Below, piece after piece: positions 54,797 through 64,000 of a stretch of DNA of 64,000 nt. The position numbers and the translations under genes were made by a program. The notes beneath the pieces are model-generated. The model had not been told where the DNA came from, made no database searches, and saw only the letters and a list, made by a program, of their open reading frames with translations. This stretch comes from Acidobacteriota bacterium. GTDB taxonomy: Bacteria > Acidobacteriota > Terriglobia > UBA7540. The stretch lies in the NCBI GenBank assembly GCA_024638215.1, contig JAHEKS010000001.1, forward strand, positions 195 to 64,194, read 5' to 3'. The first letter of the stretch is position 1. Each line of letters starts with the position of its first letter.

Positions 54797-55588
54797 ATGC
54801 TAAGATTTCAATTGGTGAAGAAAGGCGATTCCCTTCGCAAAACCGGCGCCTTGCTGGCGCTGTGCATGGTTGCGTCCGCCACGTCCCTCGCCGCCTTGCA
54901 CGGGCACGAGAAGCCGCAGCCCACCGTCGCCACCGTTGACGTCAGGATCGGGCACGCGGGCTGCAAGGTGGACCTCGACGACTCGACCGTGGGAGAAACG
55001 GACGCGGATGGCGTTTTGCTGCTCGCCGCCGTTGAGCCGGGCGACCACTACATCCATGTGGACTGCCCGGGCCAGCGGGAAGAAGCCTTTTTTGTATCTC
55101 TCGCCGCCGGCCAAAGCTCTGTAATCAAGCCTGAAATGGCGGTTTCCCGCAACGCCTTTGCCAAATATTCACCTTTGGAAGAAGCCCAGCGAAGGATGAA
55201 GCTGACCCATGCCGTGCAGCAGGCGGTGCGGCTGCGCGCACGCGGCGAACTGGATCAGGCAGTTCAACTCTTGCGCGAAGCCACGCGGCTTGACCCTGAA
55301 AACTCCGATCTGCACCGCGAGCTGGGCATCACGTTTCTTCTCGGGAAAGACTGGGCAAGGGGGCGCGTCGAGATGCTCGAAGCCATCCGTCACGATCCGC
55401 AGGATGCTGACGCCCACAACGGCCTCGGATACGCCCTCGATAAAATGGGAGACCTGGACGGCGCGGTGAAGGAATTTCGAATCGCCACTCGTCTCGAGCC
55501 CAATGACGCATCGTATGAGCAGCACTACTTCGAGGCGCTCGGGAAAATCGCCGCGCGCGATGCGGAACAGAAGGAAAAGCACAGGTAG
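54797..55588 (+). CDS. secreted TPR-repeat protein with N-terminal PEGA/CarboxypepD_reg-like domain
   Basis: ATG 54797. Signal-like [14 protein letters not shown]. TPRs in [27 protein letters not shown]..., [12 protein letters not shown]. Confidence 0.8.
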   Translation: MLRFQLVKKGDSLRKTGALLALCMVASATSLAALHGHEKPQPTVATVDVRIGHAGCKVDLDDSTVGETDADGVLLLAAVEPGDHYIHVDCPGQREEAFFVSLAAGQSSVIKPEMAVSRNAFAKYSPLEEAQRRMKLTHAVQQAVRLRARGELDQAVQLLREATRLDPENSDLHRELGITFLLGKDWARGRVEMLEAIRHDPQDADAHNGLGYALDKMGDLDGAVKEFRIATRLEPNDASYEQHYFEALGKIAARDAEQKEKHR

Positions 55589-55647
55589 CGGCTGAGTTCC
55601 CTGCGGGAACCGCGGCCGCATTGCGAAGGCCAAGATTGCCGCTGCGC

Positions 55648-56709
55648 TCAGACCGCAACGCTTTTCTGTTGTGTCTCCAAAACCTCGCGCAGAACCTTCA
55701 AGGCTCGCTCGCAGCCCGCGCGGTCCACGTCGCAGTGGGTCACCATCCGCAGGGTCGTCGGCGAAGAGCCGTTGGCCAGCACGCCTCGCGCGGCAAGCCG
55801 CTTGGAAATCTCGAACGACGTCAAGCCTGTCGCCGAAACTTCCAGGAACAGAATGTTGCTTTGCACCTTGGCAGGGTCGATGTTGATTCCCGGAATTTCG
55901 TGCAACCCCTCGGCAAGGAATCGGGCGTTTTCGTGGTCAATGTGCAGGCGCTTGGGGCTTTCCTCCAGCGCCACCAGTCCGGCCGCCGCCAGAACTCCTG
56001 CCTGGCGCATGCCGCCTCCCAGCATTTTTCGAACCAGGCGCGCGTCCTCGATGAAAGCCTTGCTGCCGACCAGCATGGAACCGACCGGGGCGCCCAGGCC
56101 TTTCGAGAGACAAAACATGACGGAATCGAATTGGCGAGTCAATTCCACCACCGATTTCCTTGTTGCCACGGACGCGTTGAAGATCCGCGCGCCGTCGAGA
56201 TGAATGGGAAGGCCGGCGGCGTGCGTGCGCTCACAGATATCGTTGAGGATCTCAGGGGGATAAACCGAGCCGCCCGCCAGATTGGAAGTGTTCTCGATCT
56301 CGACCAGGCCGGTTCGCGGGCGATGATCGCTGCGGGGGTGGATCTGCGGCGCAATCAGATCCCAGGTCAGAATTCCGTCTTCAGCGCGAATGGTACGCGG
56401 CAGGCAGCCTGAAAAAGCCGACATCATCGCCATCTCGAAATTGACGATGTGCGAGCGCTCTTCGCAAATCACCTCCTGCCCGTGGTGCGTGTGCACCTTG
56501 ATGGCGGCTTGATTGCCCATGGTGCCGGAAGGAACAAAGAGGGCGGCTTCGCGGTTGAAAATTTCCGCCGCGCGTTCCTGCAAGCGGTTGACGGTGGGAT
56601 CTTCGCGATAGACGTCGTCTCCGACCTCGGCCTCCGCCATCGCGCGTCGCATCGCGGCTGTCGGACGCGTGACCGTATCGCTTCGCAAATCAACAATGGG
56701 CTCACTCAT
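55648..56709 (-). CDS. ltaE: low-specificity L-threonine aldolase
   Basis: [19 protein letters not shown]...[12 protein letters not shown]...PSGTMGNQ. Confidence 0.9.
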   Translation of the reverse strand: MSEPIVDLRSDTVTRPTAAMRRAMAEAEVGDDVYREDPTVNRLQERAAEIFNREAALFVPSGTMGNQAAIKVHTHHGQEVICEERSHIVNFEMAMMSAFSGCLPRTIRAEDGILTWDLIAPQIHPRSDHRPRTGLVEIENTSNLAGGSVYPPEILNDICERTHAAGLPIHLDGARIFNASVATRKSVVELTRQFDSVMFCLSKGLGAPVGSMLVGSKAFIEDARLVRKMLGGGMRQAGVLAAAGLVALEESPKRLHIDHENARFLAEGLHEIPGINIDPAKVQSNILFLEVSATGLTSFEISKRLAARGVLANGSSPTTLRMVTHCDVDRAGCERALKVLREVLETQQKSVAV

Positions 56710-56794
56710 ATAATTCCCAAGCTCCAGTGATTAGAAACTCGTCATCTATTCTACCGCACTGCGCCGCTGCCAGCGTACACCGCATTATGTGCGG

Positions 56795-57976
56795 CTAATC
56801 CGCCAGGAATTGCTGGAAGATCTCGTTGGAGACCAGATAGGCGCGGGGAGTCAAGCTGACGCGCTCCCGGCGGTGATCCAGCAAACCCTCTCCGGCCAGA
56901 TTCGAAATCGTCGCCTCCCAGGGTTGGACGGCCTCAGTTCCCCACTGCCGCCGCGCAAACTCAAGATCAATGCCGTCTCTCTGGCGCAGGCCGAGGAAGA
57001 AAAACTCCTCCAGCAGTTCCTTGGACGTGAGCGAGCGGAATTCGGCGATGGGCGATTTTTTCATGTCAAGCATTTCGACGTAGCGCTCGGAAGATACTAC
57101 GTTCGCCCACCGGTGTACGCCGTCGAACGAGTGCGCGCCCGCGCCGATGCCAAAGTAGGGCGCCAGTTGCCAGTATTTTCGGTTGTGGCGCGACTCGAAG
57201 CCGGGCAGCGCGAAATTGGAGATCTCGTACTGAACGTATCCGGCATCGGCGAGCATGGGACGCGCGGTTTCATAGGCCTCCGCCATGAAGTCCTCGCCCG
57301 GAACTTCGATGGCGTGATAGCGGCGGCCATGTTCCAGCACTTCGTTGCCGAGCCGGCTTTTGGCGTCAATTTCGAAAAGGTAAATCGAAAGGTGCTCGGG
57401 GCGCAGCGACAAGGCCGCACGCAGGCTTGTTTGCCACGATAAGGCGGTCTGGAAGGGCAATCCCGCGATCAAATCCAGGCTGATATTGCTGAATCCAACT
57501 TTTCGCGCCGAATCCACCAGCGCGAAGGTTTCCGCCGCCGAATTAAGCCGTCCGACGGCTTTGAGTTCACGGTCCTCGAACGACTGCGCACCGACGCTGA
57601 GCCGGTTGATGCCGAGCGCGTGCGCCCGGCGCAGAAACTCGCCGTCGGCTGACCCAGGCGTTGTTTCAAGCGTGAATTCCACGCGTTCTGCGAAGCTGAA
57701 GCCACGCCGCAGGCGCTCCACCATCTCGCACAGCAAATCCGCGCCGAGAATCGTGGGAGTTCCGCCCCCGATGTAAACGGTATCTACGGGGGCCGACGCG
57801 CATCGCGCGTCAATTCCGTGCGGAGCGTAAATTTCCGGCAGGCGCTCGATTTCCTGGCACACCGCGCCGGCATACGCGGCAAAGACTTCGGGCCGCTCCA
57901 CGCGCGAGCTGAAATTGCAGAAGCTGCACTTGGACGCGCAGAACGGGATTTGAACGTACAGGCCGGCCGGTTCCAT
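56795..57976 (-). CDS. hemW: radical SAM heme chaperone HemW (HemN-like)
   Basis: ATG 57976 gives MEPAGLYVQIPFCASKCSFCNF (CxxxCxxC). C-terminal HemN_C-like region. Confidence 0.9.
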   Translation of the reverse strand: MEPAGLYVQIPFCASKCSFCNFSSRVERPEVFAAYAGAVCQEIERLPEIYAPHGIDARCASAPVDTVYIGGGTPTILGADLLCEMVERLRRGFSFAERVEFTLETTPGSADGEFLRRAHALGINRLSVGAQSFEDRELKAVGRLNSAAETFALVDSARKVGFSNISLDLIAGLPFQTALSWQTSLRAALSLRPEHLSIYLFEIDAKSRLGNEVLEHGRRYHAIEVPGEDFMAEAYETARPMLADAGYVQYEISNFALPGFESRHNRKYWQLAPYFGIGAGAHSFDGVHRWANVVSSERYVEMLDMKKSPIAEFRSLTSKELLEEFFFLGLRQRDGIDLEFARRQWGTEAVQPWEATISNLAGEGLLDHRRERVSLTPRAYLVSNEIFQQFLAD

Positions 57977-58008
57977 GGCGAAGGTTTGACCGCGTCTCAG
58001 ACGAATTC

Positions 58009-58455
58009 TCAGTCGGGGACGATTTTGATTCGCACCGCGCGCCGCCGCGGCCCATCGAACTCGCAGAGGAAAACGCCCTGCCACGTCCCGAGAATCATCC
58101 GGCCGTTCTGGATCAACAACGTCTTCGAAGGGCCGATCAGCGCGGATTTGAGGTGCGCGTCGCAGTTACCGTCGTTGTGGGCGTAATCGCCGCCCTGGGG
58201 CGCCAGGCGCCGCAGGAAATTGTCGAAATCCTTGTGCAAGGCCGGGTCGGCATTCTCGTTAATCAGAATGGCGGCGGTCGTGTGAGGCGTGAACACGGCG
58301 CACAGCCCGTCGCGGATTCCCGACTCGGCGATCAGATGTTCGATCTGGCCGGTGATATCCCTGAATTCCACGCGTGAGCGGGTTTGCACCTCGACTGCGT
58401 GCAGGCGCGCGGCGATTTTCCCCGCCGAAGATTCCTTCCCTGTTTCCGATGCCAT
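58009..58455 (-). CDS. yjbQ: YjbQ/UPF0047 family (secondary thiamine-phosphate synthase) protein
   Basis: FTPHTTAAILINENADP...HNDGNCDAHLKS...GTWQGVFLCEFDGPR signature. Confidence 0.88.
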   Translation of the reverse strand: MASETGKESSAGKIAARLHAVEVQTRSRVEFRDITGQIEHLIAESGIRDGLCAVFTPHTTAAILINENADPALHKDFDNFLRRLAPQGGDYAHNDGNCDAHLKSALIGPSKTLLIQNGRMILGTWQGVFLCEFDGPRRRAVRIKIVPD

Positions 58456-58625
58456 CGTTGCTCCTCGCGAGCGGATTTAGCCGCCGTGCATTTGAGCCCT
58501 GGTGGCTCGCAAGCTCTGCGATTGATTATATCAGACGCGCTTCGCCCGCTTGCGCTCAAGCGGTTGAGTCCACTGTCGTGGATGGGAGTGCGCGCCGGGG
58601 CAGGCGCGGCCCGTGCGGCGATGAA

Positions 58626-60263
58626 TCAGTAAACCAGGATCTGATGATCGGAGGTGTTGGTGCGCGTCTGTTCCAAGAGCCGGTCGAGGAGTTGGTACCC
58701 AGCACGCCCCAAAAAATAAACGCCGCTCACTTCGCGCTCCTGCAAATCCCTGTGCGGCGCGAGGAAGCGCAGGAGCGATTCTTCGTGGCGGGCGAGCAAT
58801 TCGGATTTCTGGAGCGCGGCGCGGCTGATTTTCCCGCGCAGCTTCTCCATCTGGTATTTCATTTTTTCTTCAGCGTGCTTCAGCGAGTCGAGCAAAGTGG
58901 AATCGAGCGCTTCAATTTCCTTGCGCAGCCGCTCGAGCAGCACGGCCAGCTCACTTTCGCTTTGGTCGAATCGCTCGGACCACCCTTGCGCGCCGCCTTC
59001 CGAGAAACCCGCGGCGGCAATCTTGCGGCTCAGATGGTCCCTCCCCTGCCAGACGTCTTCGACGGTGACCTGATATTTCTCCATCAAGCGGTGAACGCGG
59101 CGGTCCACCAGCGTGAACGCGGCGCGCGGAAGGATCACCGGCATCGGGTGACCCGTCGCCTCGTAAAGAACCTGGGCTTGCCCAAAATACGCGAGCTCGG
59201 AAGGTCCGGCGACGTAGGCCACGGTCGGAAGGAGCGAATCCTGGACGACGGGCCGCAGCAAGACATTGGGAGAAAGGTCTAGCGGATTGCGGTCGGCAAT
59301 CGCCTGCAAGTCCGCCAGCGAAATCGAGTCCGCGTCGTCAACCACATATTGCCCGTTGCGTTGGTGGACGGGCAAACGGTTTCCCTCGCGGGTGATGAAA
59401 ACCAGGGTGGAATCGTCCGTCACATGCACCTGGGCGTGGTGGCCGGAGCGCACCAATTCCGCCCAGCGCTCCAAAAGCCGGCGGCGCAAGTCCTGCGCCT
59501 GCGTGAGGGCATGTTCGTAGACGGGCTTCGCCAGTTGGTGAATGTCACGGTCCAGAGGATCGAGCAGAATCACTCCCCACCGGCTGAAAAGTTTGGCCAT
59601 GAATCGCCCGAAGGCCTGGCCCCAGGTCGCGCCGGGGACGTAACACTCGCGCAGGTCGCTCACCAGCCGCTCGCGCGGTTCGCCGGCCGGCAGCAACGCT
59701 TCGAGCTTCCCCAAAGTCTGGTCGATCTCGGCGGAGAGCTGCACCGCGCCAACGGACGAACGCTCGGCCGGCCGCACGCCTGCGTCGCGCAGCGGAACCA
59801 GGTTGTATTCGTCATCAAACACCGCCGCCTGCGCCACTTCTTCCAAATCGTGGTCCTCGGTGGCCAGCCAGAAAACCGGCACGGCGCGCATACCCTGTTC
59901 GCTCAAGGACCGCGCCATGCGCACGGCCGTCAGCGCTTTGTACAGCGTAAAGACGGGGCCGGTCAGCAAGCCGACTTGCTGCCCCGTAACCACGGCAACC
60001 GTCCCCGGCTCGGCGAGAAGCCGGATGTTGTCAAACGTCGGCTCGCTGCATCCAAAGAATTGATTCTGCCGGGTCAGAACCGACGCCAGTCGGCGCCGAG
60101 CGTCGTCGGGGATCGCGATCTTGCCCGCCACGGATTGAAGGCTGGCGGATTCGAAGGGCGCGCCGCTGTAAAAATGCGAGACACGGTCGAAGTGATAGAG
60201 GTAGTCCGTGAGCAGCGCGCTCGACTTGGGCACACGCGTGTACGGGATACAGGTACAGCCCAT
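58626..60263 (-). CDS. bshC: bacillithiol biosynthesis cysteine-adding enzyme BshC
   Basis: 545 aa. IPYTRVPKSSALLTDYLYHFDRVSHFY N-terminus and VVTGQQVGLLTGPVFTLYKALTAV motif, as I recall them from BshC. Confidence 0.8.
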   Translation of the reverse strand: MGCTCIPYTRVPKSSALLTDYLYHFDRVSHFYSGAPFESASLQSVAGKIAIPDDARRRLASVLTRQNQFFGCSEPTFDNIRLLAEPGTVAVVTGQQVGLLTGPVFTLYKALTAVRMARSLSEQGMRAVPVFWLATEDHDLEEVAQAAVFDDEYNLVPLRDAGVRPAERSSVGAVQLSAEIDQTLGKLEALLPAGEPRERLVSDLRECYVPGATWGQAFGRFMAKLFSRWGVILLDPLDRDIHQLAKPVYEHALTQAQDLRRRLLERWAELVRSGHHAQVHVTDDSTLVFITREGNRLPVHQRNGQYVVDDADSISLADLQAIADRNPLDLSPNVLLRPVVQDSLLPTVAYVAGPSELAYFGQAQVLYEATGHPMPVILPRAAFTLVDRRVHRLMEKYQVTVEDVWQGRDHLSRKIAAAGFSEGGAQGWSERFDQSESELAVLLERLRKEIEALDSTLLDSLKHAEEKMKYQMEKLRGKISRAALQKSELLARHEESLLRFLAPHRDLQEREVSGVYFLGRAGYQLLDRLLEQTRTNTSDHQILVY

Positions 60264-60377
60264 AAAGCATTCATCCTACACTGACCGCGAAGTCCCCACA
60301 ATGTTGGGCACGCTACCTGATGCCGGGCTCGCGGCGCACGTCACTCGGAGTTTAGATGTCGAGGCCAGGGGAAAGTT

Positions 60378-61307
60378 TCAGAGCGCCAGGCCCTCGCGCG
60401 CTTCCCTCAGCGCCGACTGGATCACGCGCCGCGCGGCGGTATTCACCGGCAGGAGCGGCGGCCGCGGGTTGCCGCCCGCATAGCCGCATAATTCCAGTGC
60501 CGCCTTGATGCCGGGCACGCCATAGGGCATGGTGATTTTGTGTACGAGGGGCATCAAACGCTGCTGTAGTTCGCCGGCCAGTTTTATTTGCCCGCGGCTG
60601 AAAGCTTCGTAAAGACCGATGCAAAGGTCAGGGACGAAATTCGACTGGCCCAGGATGCCTCCCACCGACCCGGCCTTGAGCGCCTCCAGGATGATTTGCG
60701 CCGCGCCGGTCATGACGCGAAAACCGCGCGGCACGGCACGAAGCACCGACTTCAGGTATTGGAGATCGCCGGAGCTTTCCTTCACCCCGATGATGTTCGG
60801 ATGGCGGGCGAGCGTTGCGATGGCCTGCGGTTCCATGCGAATGCCGGTAAAGGGCGGAATGTTGTAAACGATCACCGGACGCGGGAGCTGATCCGCCAGC
60901 GAACGGTAGTGGGCGATCAGCGTCGCACTGTCCATCCGCGATTTGAAATAGTTCGGTGTGAGAATCAGCACCGCGTCCGCGCCGCGCGCGACGGCTTCGC
61001 GGCTGACGCGCAGGGTTTCGCGAGTGCTTTCGAAACCCGTGCCGACGATCAGAAGCTCGGGCGGGCGGATGATGGGCCGCGCCAATTCCACCAGCCTCAG
61101 GCGCTCCGCGGCGAGAAGATACGGCATCTCGCCCGTCGAACCTGAAACGACCATGCCGCCGAATCCGATTCCGGCGTACTTTCGCAGATTCTCTTCGAAC
61201 CGCTTCTCGTCAATATCGCCTCGACGGTTGAAGGGAGTGACAACCGGCGGGAAGATCCCGCGCAGGTTGGCGATGATTTGCTTTTGGGTCATGGGCATGG
61301 TTGCCAC
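60378..61307 (-). CDS. dihydrodipicolinate synthase/N-acetylneuraminate lyase family aldolase
   Basis: GSTGEMPYL, YNIPPFTG and Schiff-base Lys in GVKESSG. GTG 61307 lies 4-5 nt after AAGGAG. Substrate is not assignable by eye. Confidence 0.85.
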   Translation of the reverse strand: MATMPMTQKQIIANLRGIFPPVVTPFNRRGDIDEKRFEENLRKYAGIGFGGMVVSGSTGEMPYLLAAERLRLVELARPIIRPPELLIVGTGFESTRETLRVSREAVARGADAVLILTPNYFKSRMDSATLIAHYRSLADQLPRPVIVYNIPPFTGIRMEPQAIATLARHPNIIGVKESSGDLQYLKSVLRAVPRGFRVMTGAAQIILEALKAGSVGGILGQSNFVPDLCIGLYEAFSRGQIKLAGELQQRLMPLVHKITMPYGVPGIKAALELCGYAGGNPRPPLLPVNTAARRVIQSALREAREGLAL

Positions 61308-61316
61308 CGCTCTCCT

Positions 61317-64000
61317 TCACGATTGACCGCGGGCGACAGCCGAGGGCTCCGCCCCGGAAGGTTGTGTCTGGTGCAATTCCTGCAAGCTCGCCACGCGGAT
61401 GCCATGTTCTCTCTGAGCGCGGATGCCGTTGACGGCGGCGGTCGCGGCGGAGAGCGTGGTGATGCAGGTCAGGCCGCGCTGGATCGCGGCGCGGCGAATT
61501 GCCTTCTCGTCGAACTTGGATGCACGGCCGAGCGGCGTGTTGATCAGAAACGCGAGCGAACCGCTCTTGATGAGGTCCACGACGTTCGGCCTGCCTTCGT
61601 TTACCTTGAAAACCTTTTCCACGCGCAGGCCCGCGGCACGAAGCGTTTGCGCCGTTCCGCGCGTGGCGACGAGTTCGAAACCCAACTGGGAAAGAGTGCG
61701 CGCAATGCCGGCGACGTTGGGCTTGTCGCGGTCGTTCACGGAGATGAAAACCTTTCCCGACGGAGGTATCCGCAGGCCTGCCGCAAGCTGCGCCTTGGCG
61801 AAGGCCAGGCCGAAGGTTTCCGCTTCGCCCATCACTTCGCCGGTGGATTTCATCTCCGGCCCCAGGAGCGTGTCCACGCCGGGAAATTTCTGGAAAGGAA
61901 ACACCGGCGATTTGACGAAAGCGTGGCGCACGGGCAGCTCCGGCGCCAGGTTGAACTCGCTCAGCTTGTGTCCCACCATCAATTGCGCCGCGATTTTGGC
62001 CAGCGGAAGGCCGGTAGCCTTGCTGACGTAAGGGACGGTTCGAGAGGCGCGCGGGTTTACTTCCAGCACGTAGATGGTTCCGTTCTGGATGGCGTATTGA
62101 ACGTTCATCAGCCCGACCACGTTCAATTGCAGGGCCAGCGTGCGCGTGTAGTCGCGCAGCAACTTTCGCTGCGGCTCGGGAATCTGCTGGGACGGAAGCA
62201 CACAGGAACTGTCGCCGGAATGGATTCCCGCCTCCTCGATGTGTTCCATGATGCCGGCCACCACGACGTCTTCGCCGTCAGCCAGACAATCCACATCCAC
62301 TTCGGTGGCGTTTTCCAGGAAGCGATCCACGAGGATCGGCAACGCGCCCTGCAGCTCCTCCACCCGCGCGGCGTATTCACGCAGCGACGCCCCGTCGTAG
62401 GCGATGACCATGGCGCGCCCGCCCAGCACGTAGGAAGGGCGCACCAGGACCGGGTAGCCAATGCGGGCGGCGACGGCGAGCGCCTCTTCAACATTCATGG
62501 CCGTGCCGTTTTCCGGCTGCGGAATCTTCAGGCGCGCGAGGAGCTTTCCAAATTGTTTCCGGTCCTCCGCCAGGTGAATGGATTCGGGCGAGGTCCCGAT
62601 GATCGGCACTCCCGCCGCCTTCAACCGCCGCGCCAGCGTCAAGGGCGTCTGCCCGCCGAACTGCACGATGACCCCGTAAGGCTTCTCGGTGTCCACGATG
62701 GCCATCACGTCTTCGAAAGTGAGCGGCTCGAAGTAGAGGCGGTCCGAAGTGTCGTAGTCGGTCGAAACCGTTTCGGGATTGCAGTTCACCATGATGGTCT
62801 CGAAGCCGGCGTCCTTGAGTGCGTAGGAGGCGTGCACGCAGCAATAATCGAATTCAATGCCCTGGCCGATGCGGTTGGGCCCGCTGCCCAGGATCATAAC
62901 TTTCTTGCGCTGTGTCGGCTCGGATTCGTCTTCACTTTCGTATGTCGAATAGAGATACGGGGTGAACGATTCAAATTCGGCCGCGCAGGTATCCACGCGC
63001 TTGAAGACGGGGCGGACGCTGGTTTCCTGCCGGCGGGCGTAGACCTGCTCTTCCCTGGCGCCCCAGATTTCCCCCAGGTGGGCGTCGGAAAGGCCGAAGC
63101 GCTTGGCCTCGCGGAGCACGGGCGCGGGGACGGAGGCCGCGTCGAACCGTTTCAGCTCGCCCTGCATCTCGACGATTTGCTCCAGTTGGTCGAGAAACCA
63201 CGGATCAATGTGCGTGATCTCTTCCAGCGACTCGACGCTGTATCCGGCCTGGAAGGCGAACAGCAAATCCCACAGGCGCTGGGGATGAGGCACCGCCAGG
63301 CGGCTGAGCAATTCGGCGGGATCTTCCGGCGGTTTGGGCGTCTTGCGGCCGGTTTCGAGCGACCGCATGCCCTTCAGTAACGCTTCCTTGAACGTGCGGC
63401 CGATGGCCATCACTTCGCCCACCGATTTCATTTGCGTGCCGAGGGTGTGATCGGACTCAGGGAATTTTTCCTGCGCCCACTTGGGAATCTTGGCCACCAC
63501 GTAGTCAATGGTCGGCTCGAAGCAGGACGGCGTTTTCTGCGTGATGTCGTTGGGAATCTCGTCCAGGCGGTAGCCCACGGCAAGCCGCGCGGCAATCTTG
63601 GCGATGGGGAATCCCGTGGCCTTCGAGGCCAAGGCCGAGCTGCGCGAAACGCGCGGGTTCATTTCGATCACGACCATGCGGCCCGAGCGCGGCTCCACGG
63701 CAAACTGGATGTTCGAGCCGCCGGTCTCGACACCCACGGCGCGAATCACCGCGAACGCGGCGTCGCGCATCCTCTGGTATTCCTTGTCGGTGAGGGTCTG
63801 CACGGGCGCGACGGTAATCGAATCGCCCGTGTGCACGCCCATGGGATCGAAGTTCTCGATGGAGCAGACGACCACGACGTTGTCGGCGTGGTCGCGCATG
63901 ACCTCCAGCTCGAATTCCTTCCAGCCGAGCACGGATTCTTCCACCAGAACTTCGTGGACGGGGCTCAGCTCCAATCCCCAGCGCACCGCTTCCTCAAAAT
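61317..64000 (-). CDS. carB: carbamoyl-phosphate synthase large subunit; N-terminus beyond window edge
   Basis: The frame is open to the window end. [30 protein letters not shown], two ATP-grasp halves and C-terminal MGS-like domain. Confidence 0.95.
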   Translation of the reverse strand, partial: FEEAVRWGLELSPVHEVLVEESVLGWKEFELEVMRDHADNVVVVCSIENFDPMGVHTGDSITVAPVQTLTDKEYQRMRDAAFAVIRAVGVETGGSNIQFAVEPRSGRMVVIEMNPRVSRSSALASKATGFPIAKIAARLAVGYRLDEIPNDITQKTPSCFEPTIDYVVAKIPKWAQEKFPESDHTLGTQMKSVGEVMAIGRTFKEALLKGMRSLETGRKTPKPPEDPAELLSRLAVPHPQRLWDLLFAFQAGYSVESLEEITHIDPWFLDQLEQIVEMQGELKRFDAASVPAPVLREAKRFGLSDAHLGEIWGAREEQVYARRQETSVRPVFKRVDTCAAEFESFTPYLYSTYESEDESEPTQRKKVMILGSGPNRIGQGIEFDYCCVHASYALKDAGFETIMVNCNPETVSTDYDTSDRLYFEPLTFEDVMAIVDTEKPYGVIVQFGGQTPLTLARRLKAAGVPIIGTSPESIHLAEDRKQFGKLLARLKIPQPENGTAMNVEEALAVAARIGYPVLVRPSYVLGGRAMVIAYDGASLREYAARVEELQGALPILVDRFLENATEVDVDCLADGEDVVVAGIMEHIEEAGIHSGDSSCVLPSQQIPEPQRKLLRDYTRTLALQLNVVGLMNVQYAIQNGTIYVLEVNPRASRTVPYVSKATGLPLAKIAAQLMVGHKLSEFNLAPELPVRHAFVKSPVFPFQKFPGVDTLLGPEMKSTGEVMGEAETFGLAFAKAQLAAGLRIPPSGKVFISVNDRDKPNVAGIARTLSQLGFELVATRGTAQTLRAAGLRVEKVFKVNEGRPNVVDLIKSGSLAFLINTPLGRASKFDEKAIRRAAIQRGLTCITTLSAATAAVNGIRAQREHGIRVASLQELHQTQPSGAEPSAVARGQS

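Overview
GC-rich (by eye about 60-65%, not computed), gene-dense chromosomal segment with about 58 protein-coding genes. I recognised no rRNA, tRNA, CRISPR array, transposase or prophage genes. The content is mostly housekeeping: nuoI (partial), parAB, miaB, an M1 aminopeptidase, recN, an M16 peptidase pair, nadE, erpA, an NAD-IDH-like dehydrogenase, accA, dnaE, a CCA/poly(A)-polymerase-family enzyme, xerD, lpxD, plsC, an M61 peptidase, pcm, dapF, MTAP, methylmalonyl-CoA epimerase, meaB, an acyl-CoA dehydrogenase, ltaE, hemW, yjbQ, bshC, a DHDPS-family enzyme and carB (partial). The bacillithiol genes (ypdA-type reductase, bshC), the many secreted peptidases and TPR proteins, and the look of the protein N-termini suggest an Acidobacteriota-like organism; this is inference only, with no search run. 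Accessory content is small: a mazEF pair and a DUF4160/DUF2442 pair. The non-coding DNA is more unusual. It holds a REP-like palindrome plus a 22-nt tandem array, a GGTTCGTT-rich 3'-flank element present twice in the same gene-relative orientation, two heptanucleotide tandem arrays flanking the cca-family gene, and two ORF-poor regions of about 0.7 kb and 0.6 kb. I do not see a convincing novel multi-gene system. The best leads are a PilZ plus pseudo-receiver LuxR cluster, a GT2/(2Fe-2S)/hemerythrin operon, the repeated 3'-flank element, and the long ORF-free leader in front of an orphan 95-aa gene. All homology calls rest on motif recognition by eye. Many start codons were re-chosen from the ORF track and remain uncertain.
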